From IMG/VR virus record IMGVR_UViG_3300021255_002485, positions 32,001-96,000 of that record: 64,000 bases of DNA; one strand, given 5' to 3'. The stretch is from a virus (Duplodnaviria > Caudoviricetes). A program made the position numbers and the translations under genes. The notes below the pieces were generated by a model that had not been told where the DNA came from, did no database searches, and saw nothing but the letters and a program-made list of their open reading frames with translations. This document shows positions 1 to 10,636 of this stretch, piece after piece (position 1 is the first letter of the stretch; every line of letters begins with the position of its first letter).

Positions 1-2
1 CA

Positions 3-3000
3 GAGATTAATAATTTGGGTGATACAAATGAATCGCTTACATCAAATTTAGATTCAACACTGACTCAAACATTAAGAAATGCTGTGGGTTTATCTGGTAT
101 TACAGCTGAAACATTAAATATAATGGATGAGGCTGTAAAGGATTACGGAGAAGATGCTTTAAGAAGTTTAGGTTATACTGAATCTGAAATTACAGTTTAT
201 CAAAATCTAAAGCGTATCCTTGAAGAATACGACGTATCTATTAAAAATGCAACGTCTGATCTTGTACAATTTAACATTATAGATAACGAAGTTCAACAAC
301 AACTTAAGAATACATTTAATTCTCATGATGTCAAAGATTGGATAGACACATTGACCGACGAAGAATTAAGTATTCTTATAACAGGTAAATTTGATGGCAA
401 AGAATCCTTAGAGGATCTGCAAAAGTGGTTAGAGAATGCCAAAAAAGAAGCAGAATCAAATTCTCCCATCCTTTCTCCCGAATTTGATATGTCCGCTCTT
501 TCTGCTGCCGGAGAGGATCTTAAGTCTCTAAAATCTTTATACGATCAATATAGAGAGAATATAGAGAATAATCCTACGAAGCCTTATCTCGATCTCACTG
601 AAGTTGAGGGTTTGCGTGATAAGTTAGAAGGAATTGTAGGTGCAGAAGATTTCAATGCTTTTGAAAGTTTGGTAACAAATGCTAATTCTTCAGCTTCTGA
701 AGTTGAAGCAGCATTTAACCAAATGGCTACTGCCTATGCAGCGGCACAGATTAATATGCAAGGAGCTACTGCTAAAACAGCAGAAATGCTTAGAACACAG
801 CTTCAAGAATGGGGATTTACTAAAGAATCCGTGGATCAGTATGTTAATGCGATGATGATCGCAGAAACAGCTAATTCAAGTTTTGGATTATCTCAAGATC
901 AAGCCATTGCTAACCTTCAAAATATGGCGACCCAATTGGGAATAACGGATGAACAGTTGGCTCAATATATCATCGAAGCAGCTCAAGCTGGATATATTAA
1001 ACTAGATGGGGATATCAGCTTCTTAGAGCAATTAGTTAGTGGATTAGGTGGAGCTATAGATGCTTTGCGTATGTATAAAGCCGCTTTCTCAGCTGGTGGT
1101 ACTGCAATCACAAAGAATCAGGCAGAGTATGAACGTGCTAAAGGCATGAAAAAGCTGAAAACGGATACAGATGCTGCATCAAAATCCACTGATACGTTAG
1201 CAAACTCCTTGCTTAAAATGGGTAAAACTGCCACGCAAGCAGGTAAATCAGCGGGTGGTGCAGGTGGAGCAGCTAAAGACGCTGCTGAAGAGACTTCTGA
1301 TGTAATGTCCACTCTTTCTGGTCAGCTTGACGAAATTCAAGCAGCATATAAAGACCTCAAAGATATCATGGATGATTATAATGAGACGGGCAAAATCAGT
1401 GTAGATCAGGCACAAACTATTCTTACCTCTGATTTCCGTTATCTTGCTCTTCTATCGGATGAGTCTGGGGCACTCGCACTTAATGAACAAGGTTTCGTAA
1501 ATCTTGCTCAAGCTAAGCTAAACGAGATGCAGATTACTCTTGTTCGTAATGCCATAGATACGGTTAATTCGCTCACAAGTGAAGCAGAAGCTGCCAAATA
1601 TCTGTCTAATGCTTATATTGAACTCGGTAATAATGCTTTAACCGCATCACAACAGGCTCTTGCAGCGGCTGTTAATGCAGCTCATGCTCGTGGTGCAATG
1701 CAAGGTGCAGCCGCAGATATGATTGCACAGGGTGCTCAAAATGCATTGTCCATGCTTCAGAATGTAGACTTTTCTGCTCAAGGTATGGGTGCAGCATCGG
1801 GATCGTCAGATTCCAAAGATTCTTCTGGAGATTCTTCTAACAATTCAACTCCTGAAGAAGTTGAAGAAAAATACGAGGAAGATTTCGATTGGATCGAACG
1901 ATTACTTGAACGCTTAACCAAGATTACCGAAAAATGGCAGAAACAAGCAAGCCGATTCTTTACATTCTGGAATAAGAACTGGGCAGTAAATCAGCAAATT
2001 AAATCTGGGCGAGACGAAGTTGACGCTAATAAACGTGCTTATACGTACTATATGAAGCAAGCAGCCGATGTCGGACTCGATGTAAAATACCGTGATCTTG
2101 TAGAAAAAGGCGGATTTTCTGTAGAAACTATCGAAAACAAGGAACTTGGAGAAAAGATAGAGAAATATGAGGAATGGTATGATAAGGCTCAAAAATGTAA
2201 GGAAACTATTCAGGATCTTTATGAAACTGAACAAGAGCTTATTAAGAGTAAGCTTGATAATATTGTAGATTACTATGATACACTTGACTCATACTACTCT
2301 TCTATCGTATCCAAGATTGACGCTCAAATAGGTGTTAAAGCAGCCGCAGGACAGCGTACTACAATTGAAGATTTACTTCGTCAATATGCTGCTAATCTTG
2401 ACTATTACAATAATGCTCGTGATGCTCAGCTGAAATATCAGATGGGATTAGCCATAAATGAAGCGGTTACTGTCGATACAGCTGAAGCTGCGATAGATAA
2501 AACACGTAAGGTTTATGTTGGTACAAATGCTTATGAAACCCTTACCGAGCGTCGGGATGAATTACAAGATAAACTAGATGAGTACAATCAATCCCTCCAA
2601 GATATAGCTGATACCAAGGCTGAAATAGCTGAAGCCAGAAAAAATAGGGATGCCGAGGAACAAAAACGTCTAAATGTCGAATTAAAGGAACTCCAGAAGA
2701 TTTCTAAATCATATAAGTTCACAACGGCAGAAAAGAGGGAATTTACAAGTATAAATAAAAAGCTTGAAGTATTCTCTACTATATTGTCAGACAAGACTTA
2801 TTATGATGAAATTAGTGAGATAGTCGATAATTATCTTGAGAGAATTGATGATTATACGGTTCTTACAGAGCAAATCAAAGAACTCAACAAAGAACTCCGT
2901 ACCCAGAAGGATAAAGATGTTCGTAAGTCTATTCAAGAGCAAATCAAGGATTTCCAAAAGCAAGCTAAAGAAGCCAATCTATCCGGCAAAGAAAAGACGG

Positions 3001-5906
3001 AGCTGAAAAAGCTTCAACAGCAACTTGAAGATTATGATATCACTGGTGATACCACGGTAACGCGAAACTATGCTCAAGCATATGCAACGCAACAAAGATT
3101 GCTTGAAAGACAAGCTGAAGCACAAAGACTTTCAGATGTATTGGATGCAGATACCCAGAGTCTGCTTCAAGCAAGATTAGATAAAAATACTGATGATATC
3201 AAGTATTATCAAAAAGCTGTTGCACAAGATAAAAGAGATTTAAACAAAACCAAGCTTAAGGCAAACGAGGAGAAGCTTCTAAAAGCTCTCACGGGTCAGC
3301 TTGACGCAATTGCTAAGATTCAAGATATTGGTGTTGTCGATAATTTAGTCGCATCTACAGCTACATATCAAAGATTGCTGCAAAATATCGGAAATCTGCA
3401 AAGTAAGGAAAAACTGAGTCTTGCAGAGCAGACCAAACTTAATATGTATCTTGATGAGTTAGCAGCTATCAATGAAGGTGTGTTAGTAGATGACTTATCG
3501 TCTTATGTGTCAAATTACGAAAAATGGTGGAAATTAAATCAGATTGAGAATAAGACTCAAGCACAATGGCAGCAATTCCTTAAGTTGGACGACTTAAAGA
3601 CTAGTTTGGAAACCGCATATCAGAGTTATTTAACAGGTTTACAACAGGATCTTCAAGATGCAATTGAAAGTATTAATGCATCTACTAATATGGCAGATCT
3701 GGAATACAATAAAAAGCAAACCGAAGAAGCCATTCGTAAGGCTTATGCGGATCGTACTGCTGCTGAAGAAGCTACTATTAAGGATACGACCGAATATCAG
3801 ACTATTTTAGCTACAATCAAGAACCTTGAAGATGATGAAGCGGCTCTGCTTAAAAAAGGTAAAGGCTTGAGTCCTGCTAATAAAGCAAAGCTTGAAAAGG
3901 CACGTAAAGAATTAGAAGCTCTCGAAACCGGAGCTACCCTTGCTAATATCAAAGAATACAAAAAGTATTGGGAATATGTCAATGATGACAAGCGTTTAGC
4001 ACGTTATAATAACGGTACTCTTAGTGCCGCAGAAGCAACGACATATGACTTGTATATGAAGTATCTCCGTCAGTGGGATGAAGAACGTGAAGAAGTTTTT
4101 GGTGATATTGAAAAAGAACTGCAAGAACAGCTTCAAAAGTTGGATATTGAGTATGATACCCGACTCAATGAGCTTGAAGCCGAAAAGTATGAACGTCTTC
4201 AGACCATGTATGAAACAGCTAAGACTCTTGCAGAAGCGCAGATTAATCAATATCAACGAACCATTGATAACTTAAACGCTCAGATAGAAAACTACAAGAG
4301 TATAGCGGATCTATTGAGTTCACTCGATTTAACCACTATTCGTAAATACAATATAAATGAGATCTTCGATATGGATGGTAATGCCACCCTTGAAGAACTT
4401 TTATATAGTAAAGTACGTGATGCAGGGAAAAAATCTCAAGAACTTATAAATGATCTGGTTAAACAAGCTGATTTGTACCAAGAATTAATTGATGCAGGTA
4501 CATCTGAAGGATTTGAGGGGATTCTTGAAGATTATCGTTCTCAGGCTTCAGAAGAAATGCAGAGCGTTCTCGATGAAGTCATCAAGCAGCTTAATGAGAA
4601 TGATTATACTGATAGTGAATGGATTACTGAATGGCAACAGAATCTTGCTGAGATTACGGACCAAATTGTTGATACAATTCAATCCGTACAAGAGTTAGCT
4701 GACAAGATGAGACAAGTAACATTTGCTAATATTCAACGAGCGTTGGATATGAATGAATCACTTGTTTCTCAATTAAGTGCTCAAGCAGGAATATTTGAAG
4801 ATGCATGGATGCGTGACGCTGAAGGCATTACACAATACGGCTATGCAAGAGCAAGTATTCTTGGTCAACAAATGACCGTACTTCAAGATCAAGTTCGTAA
4901 TTATGCCGAAATGGTCAGAAAAATAGATGAGGCTCAGAAGAATGAGGATACTCGCTATGCTACTGAGGACGATTATTGGAAAGCACGTAATGAAGCGTTA
5001 GTTAATTACTATAATTCCATTGGAAGTCTTGAAGATGTTACCAATCAGATCTATCAAATCGGTAAAGAAGCTCAAGAAAGCGAAATAACAAACGTAAAAA
5101 CCATTATTGATTTACGCAAAAAAGAGCTTTCAACTAAAAAGGCTTTATACGAGTATGATAAAAACCTTAAGAAACAAACTAAATCTGTTGAAGATTTGAG
5201 GGCGCAGATTGATGCTTTGAACAATATTTCTACCGCAGATGCCCTTGCTCAAAAAGCTCAGCTTGAAGCTCAGCTTGCTGAAGCCGAGGAAAGTCTCGAA
5301 GATTTGCAAATCGAGCATCAATTTGATTTGGAAACACAAGCGTTTGATAACTTTATTGCAGATTTAGATAAGACTCTTACTGATGCAAATGATACTGTAT
5401 ATGAAACGTTTGAAGAGTTTGCTGCAACAATAAAAGAAATATTGAGTGCTGCAAGTGGTGCTGATGTAGAGGGTGCAATACAGAATATAACTGATCTTTT
5501 GATGGGTGAAGGTTATAAAGATCCGTCATTTGAAGCTGGTAGTTTTTCAACTTCAAATGGTACTTACACTCCATTAAGTCAGTCTGATTTCTTAACAGGA
5601 CTTGGATTTACCAATCCTTCAACTCTTGATGCTAATGCGCATCTGTCAAATATGAATGATTTGTTGGCTCAGATATTTGATAATATGGCAACTAAGATTA
5701 CTACAGAGATTGAAGATTTGGCGAAGAACGCTAATCAGAACAATATAACTATCAATCAGAACTATGATTCGTTATTGAATGTTAATGGCTCTATTGATAA
5801 GACAGTTGTCGATAGTGTTGAAGCACTTCTACGTGAAAGCTATTCATACACTCGTGAAAAGCTTTATGCAGAACTTCAAAAACTTGGAATTGTTCGTACG
5901 TACTAA
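3..5906 (+). CDS. Tail tape measure protein, C-terminal part (5' end lies before the window)
   Basis: Frame is open from base 3; more than 1960 aa; Ala/Gln/Glu-rich helical and coiled-coil; lies directly upstream of Dit- and Tal-like genes. Confidence 0.85.
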   Translation, partial: EINNLGDTNESLTSNLDSTLTQTLRNAVGLSGITAETLNIMDEAVKDYGEDALRSLGYTESEITVYQNLKRILEEYDVSIKNATSDLVQFNIIDNEVQQQLKNTFNSHDVKDWIDTLTDEELSILITGKFDGKESLEDLQKWLENAKKEAESNSPILSPEFDMSALSAAGEDLKSLKSLYDQYRENIENNPTKPYLDLTEVEGLRDKLEGIVGAEDFNAFESLVTNANSSASEVEAAFNQMATAYAAAQINMQGATAKTAEMLRTQLQEWGFTKESVDQYVNAMMIAETANSSFGLSQDQAIANLQNMATQLGITDEQLAQYIIEAAQAGYIKLDGDISFLEQLVSGLGGAIDALRMYKAAFSAGGTAITKNQAEYERAKGMKKLKTDTDAASKSTDTLANSLLKMGKTATQAGKSAGGAGGAAKDAAEETSDVMSTLSGQLDEIQAAYKDLKDIMDDYNETGKISVDQAQTILTSDFRYLALLSDESGALALNEQGFVNLAQAKLNEMQITLVRNAIDTVNSLTSEAEAAKYLSNAYIELGNNALTASQQALAAAVNAAHARGAMQGAAADMIAQGAQNALSMLQNVDFSAQGMGAASGSSDSKDSSGDSSNNSTPEEVEEKYEEDFDWIERLLERLTKITEKWQKQASRFFTFWNKNWAVNQQIKSGRDEVDANKRAYTYYMKQAADVGLDVKYRDLVEKGGFSVETIENKELGEKIEKYEEWYDKAQKCKETIQDLYETEQELIKSKLDNIVDYYDTLDSYYSSIVSKIDAQIGVKAAAGQRTTIEDLLRQYAANLDYYNNARDAQLKYQMGLAINEAVTVDTAEAAIDKTRKVYVGTNAYETLTERRDELQDKLDEYNQSLQDIADTKAEIAEARKNRDAEEQKRLNVELKELQKISKSYKFTTAEKREFTSINKKLEVFSTILSDKTYYDEISEIVDNYLERIDDYTVLTEQIKELNKELRTQKDKDVRKSIQEQIKDFQKQAKEANLSGKEKTELKKLQQQLEDYDITGDTTVTRNYAQAYATQQRLLERQAEAQRLSDVLDADTQSLLQARLDKNTDDIKYYQKAVAQDKRDLNKTKLKANEEKLLKALTGQLDAIAKIQDIGVVDNLVASTATYQRLLQNIGNLQSKEKLSLAEQTKLNMYLDELAAINEGVLVDDLSSYVSNYEKWWKLNQIENKTQAQWQQFLKLDDLKTSLETAYQSYLTGLQQDLQDAIESINASTNMADLEYNKKQTEEAIRKAYADRTAAEEATIKDTTEYQTILATIKNLEDDEAALLKKGKGLSPANKAKLEKARKELEALETGATLANIKEYKKYWEYVNDDKRLARYNNGTLSAAEATTYDLYMKYLRQWDEEREEVFGDIEKELQEQLQKLDIEYDTRLNELEAEKYERLQTMYETAKTLAEAQINQYQRTIDNLNAQIENYKSIADLLSSLDLTTIRKYNINEIFDMDGNATLEELLYSKVRDAGKKSQELINDLVKQADLYQELIDAGTSEGFEGILEDYRSQASEEMQSVLDEVIKQLNENDYTDSEWITEWQQNLAEITDQIVDTIQSVQELADKMRQVTFANIQRALDMNESLVSQLSAQAGIFEDAWMRDAEGITQYGYARASILGQQMTVLQDQVRNYAEMVRKIDEAQKNEDTRYATEDDYWKARNEALVNYYNSIGSLEDVTNQIYQIGKEAQESEITNVKTIIDLRKKELSTKKALYEYDKNLKKQTKSVEDLRAQIDALNNISTADALAQKAQLEAQLAEAEESLEDLQIEHQFDLETQAFDNFIADLDKTLTDANDTVYETFEEFAATIKEILSAASGADVEGAIQNITDLLMGEGYKDPSFEAGSFSTSNGTYTPLSQSDFLTGLGFTNPSTLDANAHLSNMNDLLAQIFDNMATKITTEIEDLAKNANQNNITINQNYDSLLNVNGSIDKTVVDSVEALLRESYSYTREKLYAELQKLGIVRTY

Positions 5907-5913
5907 TTCTGTT

Positions 5914-5947
5914 GAGTCGAGCGGGGTCAAAGCCGCTCGGCTTATTT
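5914..5947 (+). terminator. Stem-loop after the tape measure gene (terminator or processing hairpin)
   Basis: GAGTCGAGCGG...CCGCTCGGCTT stem with a weak U-tract. Confidence 0.5.
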
Positions 5948-5975
5948 ACATTATATAGAAAGGTGGTGTGGTGCA

Positions 5976-6809
5976 ATGGCACTATTAGACGCGACTTCCT
6001 TTGTATTCGATGGTCATAGTTCGGATGAATTTGATTTAAGCATCGGATGGTTTGGAGACGATAATGACGATGATATGACGACCGGATTATCTGTCGATTT
6101 AAGACGAGGTGAACAAAACGCCATTCGCACTGATCCAAATTTATACGGAACAGTTTATGAAGATACATTAAGATTCGAATTTGCGTTAGTTCCAAAATGT
6201 AATAGTGACAGACAATTCTTTACTTATAAAGAATTTAGAGAAATAAATAATTGGTTACGTGGCTCTAATACGTACAAATTATTACATTTTAATGACCCTA
6301 CTGTTCCAGAACAAATAAACTATTATGCGATTTGTACGGAAATTATAGATGTTCAATATGACGGACGAAACGGTAAGAAAGTAACATTTGTGTGTAACTC
6401 TCCTTTTGGATTTACAAATAAAATCCATAAAACATTTAAGATTACAGATGAGAATCCAAAGGAATTCAAATTATACAATATGTCTGATGAAGACATATAT
6501 TATCCGACAATTATGATTCAAGTTGAAGACGGATTCACTGATACAATTAGTATTGAGAATGTGTCAGATGACAAAGTTGCGGTAATAGATTTTAGTAATT
6601 TGGAATCTAATACTGTCATTATGAATTCCAAACAAGGAAAGTTAATAGATGAAAACGGAAAATTGATCCCGGCATATAAGATTGGTTGGGATAATACGGA
6701 TAATATTTATTGGTTCCGCTTAATCAAAGATTGGAACACGATTAAAGTAATCGGAATCTCAACTGTTACATTTATATGTGAATTTCCGAGAAAGGTAGGT
6801 ATTTTATGA
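5976..6809 (+). CDS. Distal tail protein (Dit-like)
   Basis: Position after the TMP; FVFDGHSSDEF N-terminus, INNWL and FVCNSPF, typical of siphophage Dit. Confidence 0.75.
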   Translation: MALLDATSFVFDGHSSDEFDLSIGWFGDDNDDDMTTGLSVDLRRGEQNAIRTDPNLYGTVYEDTLRFEFALVPKCNSDRQFFTYKEFREINNWLRGSNTYKLLHFNDPTVPEQINYYAICTEIIDVQYDGRNGKKVTFVCNSPFGFTNKIHKTFKITDENPKEFKLYNMSDEDIYYPTIMIQVEDGFTDTISIENVSDDKVAVIDFSNLESNTVIMNSKQGKLIDENGKLIPAYKIGWDNTDNIYWFRLIKDWNTIKVIGISTVTFICEFPRKVGIL

Positions 6810-9800
6810 TCCTTCTCTGTAAACCGGGTGGAGTTACTCTTGGTGTAATAAATGGTATTGAAGAAGATTCTGCAACATTACATATGAGTGTTTCAGAAAC
6901 ATGGGAATTACGATTTGACGTACAACGTTTTATTGATATTGATGGTGTGCTGGCAGAAACTAATTATTACAAATCCATATCAGAAATGATGGAGCTGTAT
7001 TTAGAGTGTCAGTTTGGAAAAATCAGATTTCAAATAGACAAAGAGCCTATTACCACCAATGACGGTGTTGAAGAAAAGAAATCTGTCACTGCTCATTCTA
7101 TTGAGGTCGAATTACAGACGAAGTTTCTTCATCAGTTCAAGGTAAACTGTGGTACTTCGGATTCTCAGGAATACCTTGTAGGCTATTATGATGAAAATGG
7201 CGAGTTCATTAATGTAAACCTCAATCCGTATACCAATCTTCCTATTGATTATATTGTGATATATAACGATTATACTGAAAGATTGGCCGAGGTAAAGGAA
7301 AATCTGATTAATCTAGGAATTGAGAATGCTGTTTCTACTGTTGATGGTCAAATTACAAAAACCGATGAATTATATGATTATCTCTATAAAATATATTACG
7401 AATATCCTCGTTTAAGCGGAGATCCTATATCGGAAGAGGATTTTAGGGTATATTTGACACTGAGTAACGATACTTTCTATGTCGGACACGACGAGAATCA
7501 ATTCGATGCAGCTTTTCTTTTAGATGGAATAGACAGATTGATTTCATTTTATCAGCAATACGGAAATCAGCTATCTTTGATATCGTTAGCTTTTGAAAAT
7601 GCTACAGTGTCAGGATGGTCTATTGGTAATATTCCAGAGAATATCAGACATAAGAAGTATAATTTCTCTATTGATTCAAGAGATATACTTTCCTTTCTTA
7701 AAGAAGAACTATCACAAAAAATTAAAGTGATTGTAGACTTTGATCGTATGAATCGTAAGGTTGACATGATTGATGTAGTAGATCACGATGAAGAATTTGA
7801 TACCGGAGTATTTTTTACATATAGGAATCTGTTAAACTCTGTAGACATTCAAAGTTCATCAGACGATGGTATTAGAACGAAATTTATCCCCACAGGAGCA
7901 AATAATCTTGGTATTACATATGTAAATTTTGGAGAAAATGCCATTTACGACCTTGATTGGCTCATGGATAAAATAGATGAATATGACGACAATCAATATG
8001 TTTCTACGGATTTACATGATAAATATCATGCGTGGAAGGAATTTAGAAATAGTACTCCTGTGACATATTCTCTTAATGATGAGGTTGTCGAATATGACAA
8101 TCGTCGTATAGCATATTCTGATTTAACAAAACGCTATAACCAATACATGATTGATATCGATGCAATCAAGAATAAATTACCTAATGATGGATGCTCTGTT
8201 GATTATACTACTTTTCCATTCAAGGATTTGAATATTGCCTATCGTGCGTATATGAACGCTTTAGAAACCCTTGAACAATTATATATGTCCGATGTAGGAG
8301 CCGTTTCATTTGATAGAGCGACTACAATAGCTTTGGATTCAGATGGTAATATCAAAAAGAATATAAAAGATACATTTTATTGGAATGATTTCATCTGTTA
8401 TAGAGATACTATTATTCCAAACGTAATGAATGCTCTCAAAATGTATGTATTAACCGATTCTGACGGTAATCTTGATCCTACTGATCCTACTCAAAGAGAT
8501 CAAGAAACTGGAGATTGGATTGAATATGAGGGTGGAAATCCTTGGTATAATGGGGATTCCAAACGTGTCACAGAAAATATGTTCGATGCATATATATACG
8601 ATATGTCTTTATATGGGACGGTTGAATTAGCCGCAAAGCAGAAGGCATGGAGAGAATGTGCTGCCACCCTATTCAAGCCCGGATATATACTCGATTTAGA
8701 CGGTCATGTACTTGATATAGTGCCCACCAACGATCAGTACGTAATAAATACACCTGATGATGCAGGTTGGGCTAAACTTGACGATGAGCACAAACAGGGA
8801 TTCACGGGGCAAGTAGCCTTTGAAAAGGGTCTTACCGAATATTTAGATTATATGTCTAAAGAGGTTCGTGATAACGCTTTGACTAAAATGCAGTCAAAGG
8901 GTGTTGTCTGGATGTGTCAAGATGCTATTGACGCGCTTCAACCATCTATTGATGCAAAAATCGAAGAACAGCAAAAAGTTCAAGATTTGAGAAAAGATAT
9001 TGCTGCCGAGGTTACATTTGAAGCATGGGATTTTACAGATAAAGAACTCGAAATCTTATATACCCTTGTCCGAGAAGCTAATTACAATAATAGCAATATC
9101 CTCATTACAAATCTCGATGATATCGTATCTACTGTAGATGCTGAAGAAGAATTATATCAAGACGCGCTGATCGCTTTAAGCGAAAAGTCGAGACCTCAAT
9201 TAGCGTTTAGGATTGAATCCGACAACCTTTTTGCCCTTGATGAGTTCAAGGATTATCAAGAACAAGTCAGATTACTTAATTTTGTACGAGTTTCTATTGG
9301 ATTGTACGAAGACGAATTCGTAAAGCTTCGTATTATTAGTATAGAGTGCAATCCATTAATTCCAGATGATAATTTATCATTGGAATTCTCTAATATGACC
9401 TACTCTCTTCAAGGTGCAAGTGATTTTGCTTATCTTTTTGAGAATCTGAATGGGGGCATTACTTCTTCTGGTAATTCATCTTCCGGTGGATCTTCTGGAG
9501 GCTCATATGGAGATAATGATGCTGATATTACATTGGCTAATAATATGCTCAATGCCTTATTGAAGTCTCGTAATTATACTCAATCTCTTGGACAAACTAT
9601 TATAGGTGATATTGTAAATAATCAAGAAATCCGTAATCTCTTAGCTCAAAGCGGTGCATTTGAAAAACTTTCAAGTGGTGAGATTAGAATTAGCGGTGAA
9701 TGTTTGGTAGATATTATCAAATCATTTAATTACAACGGGACAGAATTAAATCCGTTAGGTAATACTGCTGGATCATATCAGAATTTGACGAATGGAACGT

Positions 9801-10612
9801 TTAATCTCGGTGGTGGTGGTATTATATGGGATGGACATGACTTGGTAATCAAAGCAGATACAGTCATGATTGGGAATCAAAACCTTGCAAATCAGATTAC
9901 TGCAATCGAAAATCAAGTGAATGATGTTCAAGATATTGCTGAAGAAACGGCGAGTTATCTGCAATGGAGCGATTCTGATGGATTAATAATTGGTAATCCT
10001 AATGCTACATACGGAACGTCATATAAATATCCTCGTTTACAGTTAAATAAAGGAACTATTAATTTATTAGTCGATACTGACAATGATGGTACTTCTGCTA
10101 CTCTATTGAAACTAAATGATGAAGGATTGGAATTTTATGATGATAACGGAAATAGTGATGCTGTATTTGGGTCTGATAATACACGTGTAGGCTATTCGAA
10201 TCAATACCATATTTCCATAGCGAATAACAGTATAACTATCGCAAATGGCGGAACCGAAATATTACAATTGGATAAAGACAGTATTTCCTACAATGGGAAT
10301 GATTTGCTGAAAAATAGCGATTCTATATCTTCATTAACAAATAATATTAAGACTTCGTCTGCCAGTACTACTATGTTTTTGAATGGAAACGGTCAAGGTA
10401 CAGCAACTGTTGATATTTCCGAATCCGGTTATACCCCAATAGGGATAATTGGGTATAACTCTAATAACGGAGATGTAGTTATTTCTACTGTTTCACTTAA
10501 TGGAAGTACCCAAGCCCAAATCAATGCGAGGAATTTATCTTCCTCTTCTATCACAACAAATATAACTATTAATGTATTGAAAATAAAAAATACCGCAAGA
10601 CTTATAGGTTAA
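6806..10612 (+). CDS. Tail hub/Tal-like tail tip protein
   Basis: 1268 aa, ATGA-coupled to Dit; ELYQDALIALSEKSRPQLAF and CNPL..LSLEFSN pattern of prophage tail proteins; beta-rich C-terminus. Confidence 0.7.
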   Translation: MILLCKPGGVTLGVINGIEEDSATLHMSVSETWELRFDVQRFIDIDGVLAETNYYKSISEMMELYLECQFGKIRFQIDKEPITTNDGVEEKKSVTAHSIEVELQTKFLHQFKVNCGTSDSQEYLVGYYDENGEFINVNLNPYTNLPIDYIVIYNDYTERLAEVKENLINLGIENAVSTVDGQITKTDELYDYLYKIYYEYPRLSGDPISEEDFRVYLTLSNDTFYVGHDENQFDAAFLLDGIDRLISFYQQYGNQLSLISLAFENATVSGWSIGNIPENIRHKKYNFSIDSRDILSFLKEELSQKIKVIVDFDRMNRKVDMIDVVDHDEEFDTGVFFTYRNLLNSVDIQSSSDDGIRTKFIPTGANNLGITYVNFGENAIYDLDWLMDKIDEYDDNQYVSTDLHDKYHAWKEFRNSTPVTYSLNDEVVEYDNRRIAYSDLTKRYNQYMIDIDAIKNKLPNDGCSVDYTTFPFKDLNIAYRAYMNALETLEQLYMSDVGAVSFDRATTIALDSDGNIKKNIKDTFYWNDFICYRDTIIPNVMNALKMYVLTDSDGNLDPTDPTQRDQETGDWIEYEGGNPWYNGDSKRVTENMFDAYIYDMSLYGTVELAAKQKAWRECAATLFKPGYILDLDGHVLDIVPTNDQYVINTPDDAGWAKLDDEHKQGFTGQVAFEKGLTEYLDYMSKEVRDNALTKMQSKGVVWMCQDAIDALQPSIDAKIEEQQKVQDLRKDIAAEVTFEAWDFTDKELEILYTLVREANYNNSNILITNLDDIVSTVDAEEELYQDALIALSEKSRPQLAFRIESDNLFALDEFKDYQEQVRLLNFVRVSIGLYEDEFVKLRIISIECNPLIPDDNLSLEFSNMTYSLQGASDFAYLFENLNGGITSSGNSSSGGSSGGSYGDNDADITLANNMLNALLKSRNYTQSLGQTIIGDIVNNQEIRNLLAQSGAFEKLSSGEIRISGECLVDIIKSFNYNGTELNPLGNTAGSYQNLTNGTFNLGGGGIIWDGHDLVIKADTVMIGNQNLANQITAIENQVNDVQDIAEETASYLQWSDSDGLIIGNPNATYGTSYKYPRLQLNKGTINLLVDTDNDGTSATLLKLNDEGLEFYDDNGNSDAVFGSDNTRVGYSNQYHISIANNSITIANGGTEILQLDKDSISYNGNDLLKNSDSISSLTNNIKTSSASTTMFLNGNGQGTATVDISESGYTPIGIIGYNSNNGDVVISTVSLNGSTQAQINARNLSSSSITTNITINVLKIKNTARLIG

Positions 10613-10636
10613 CAAAGAAAGGAGGACTGCTGAAAA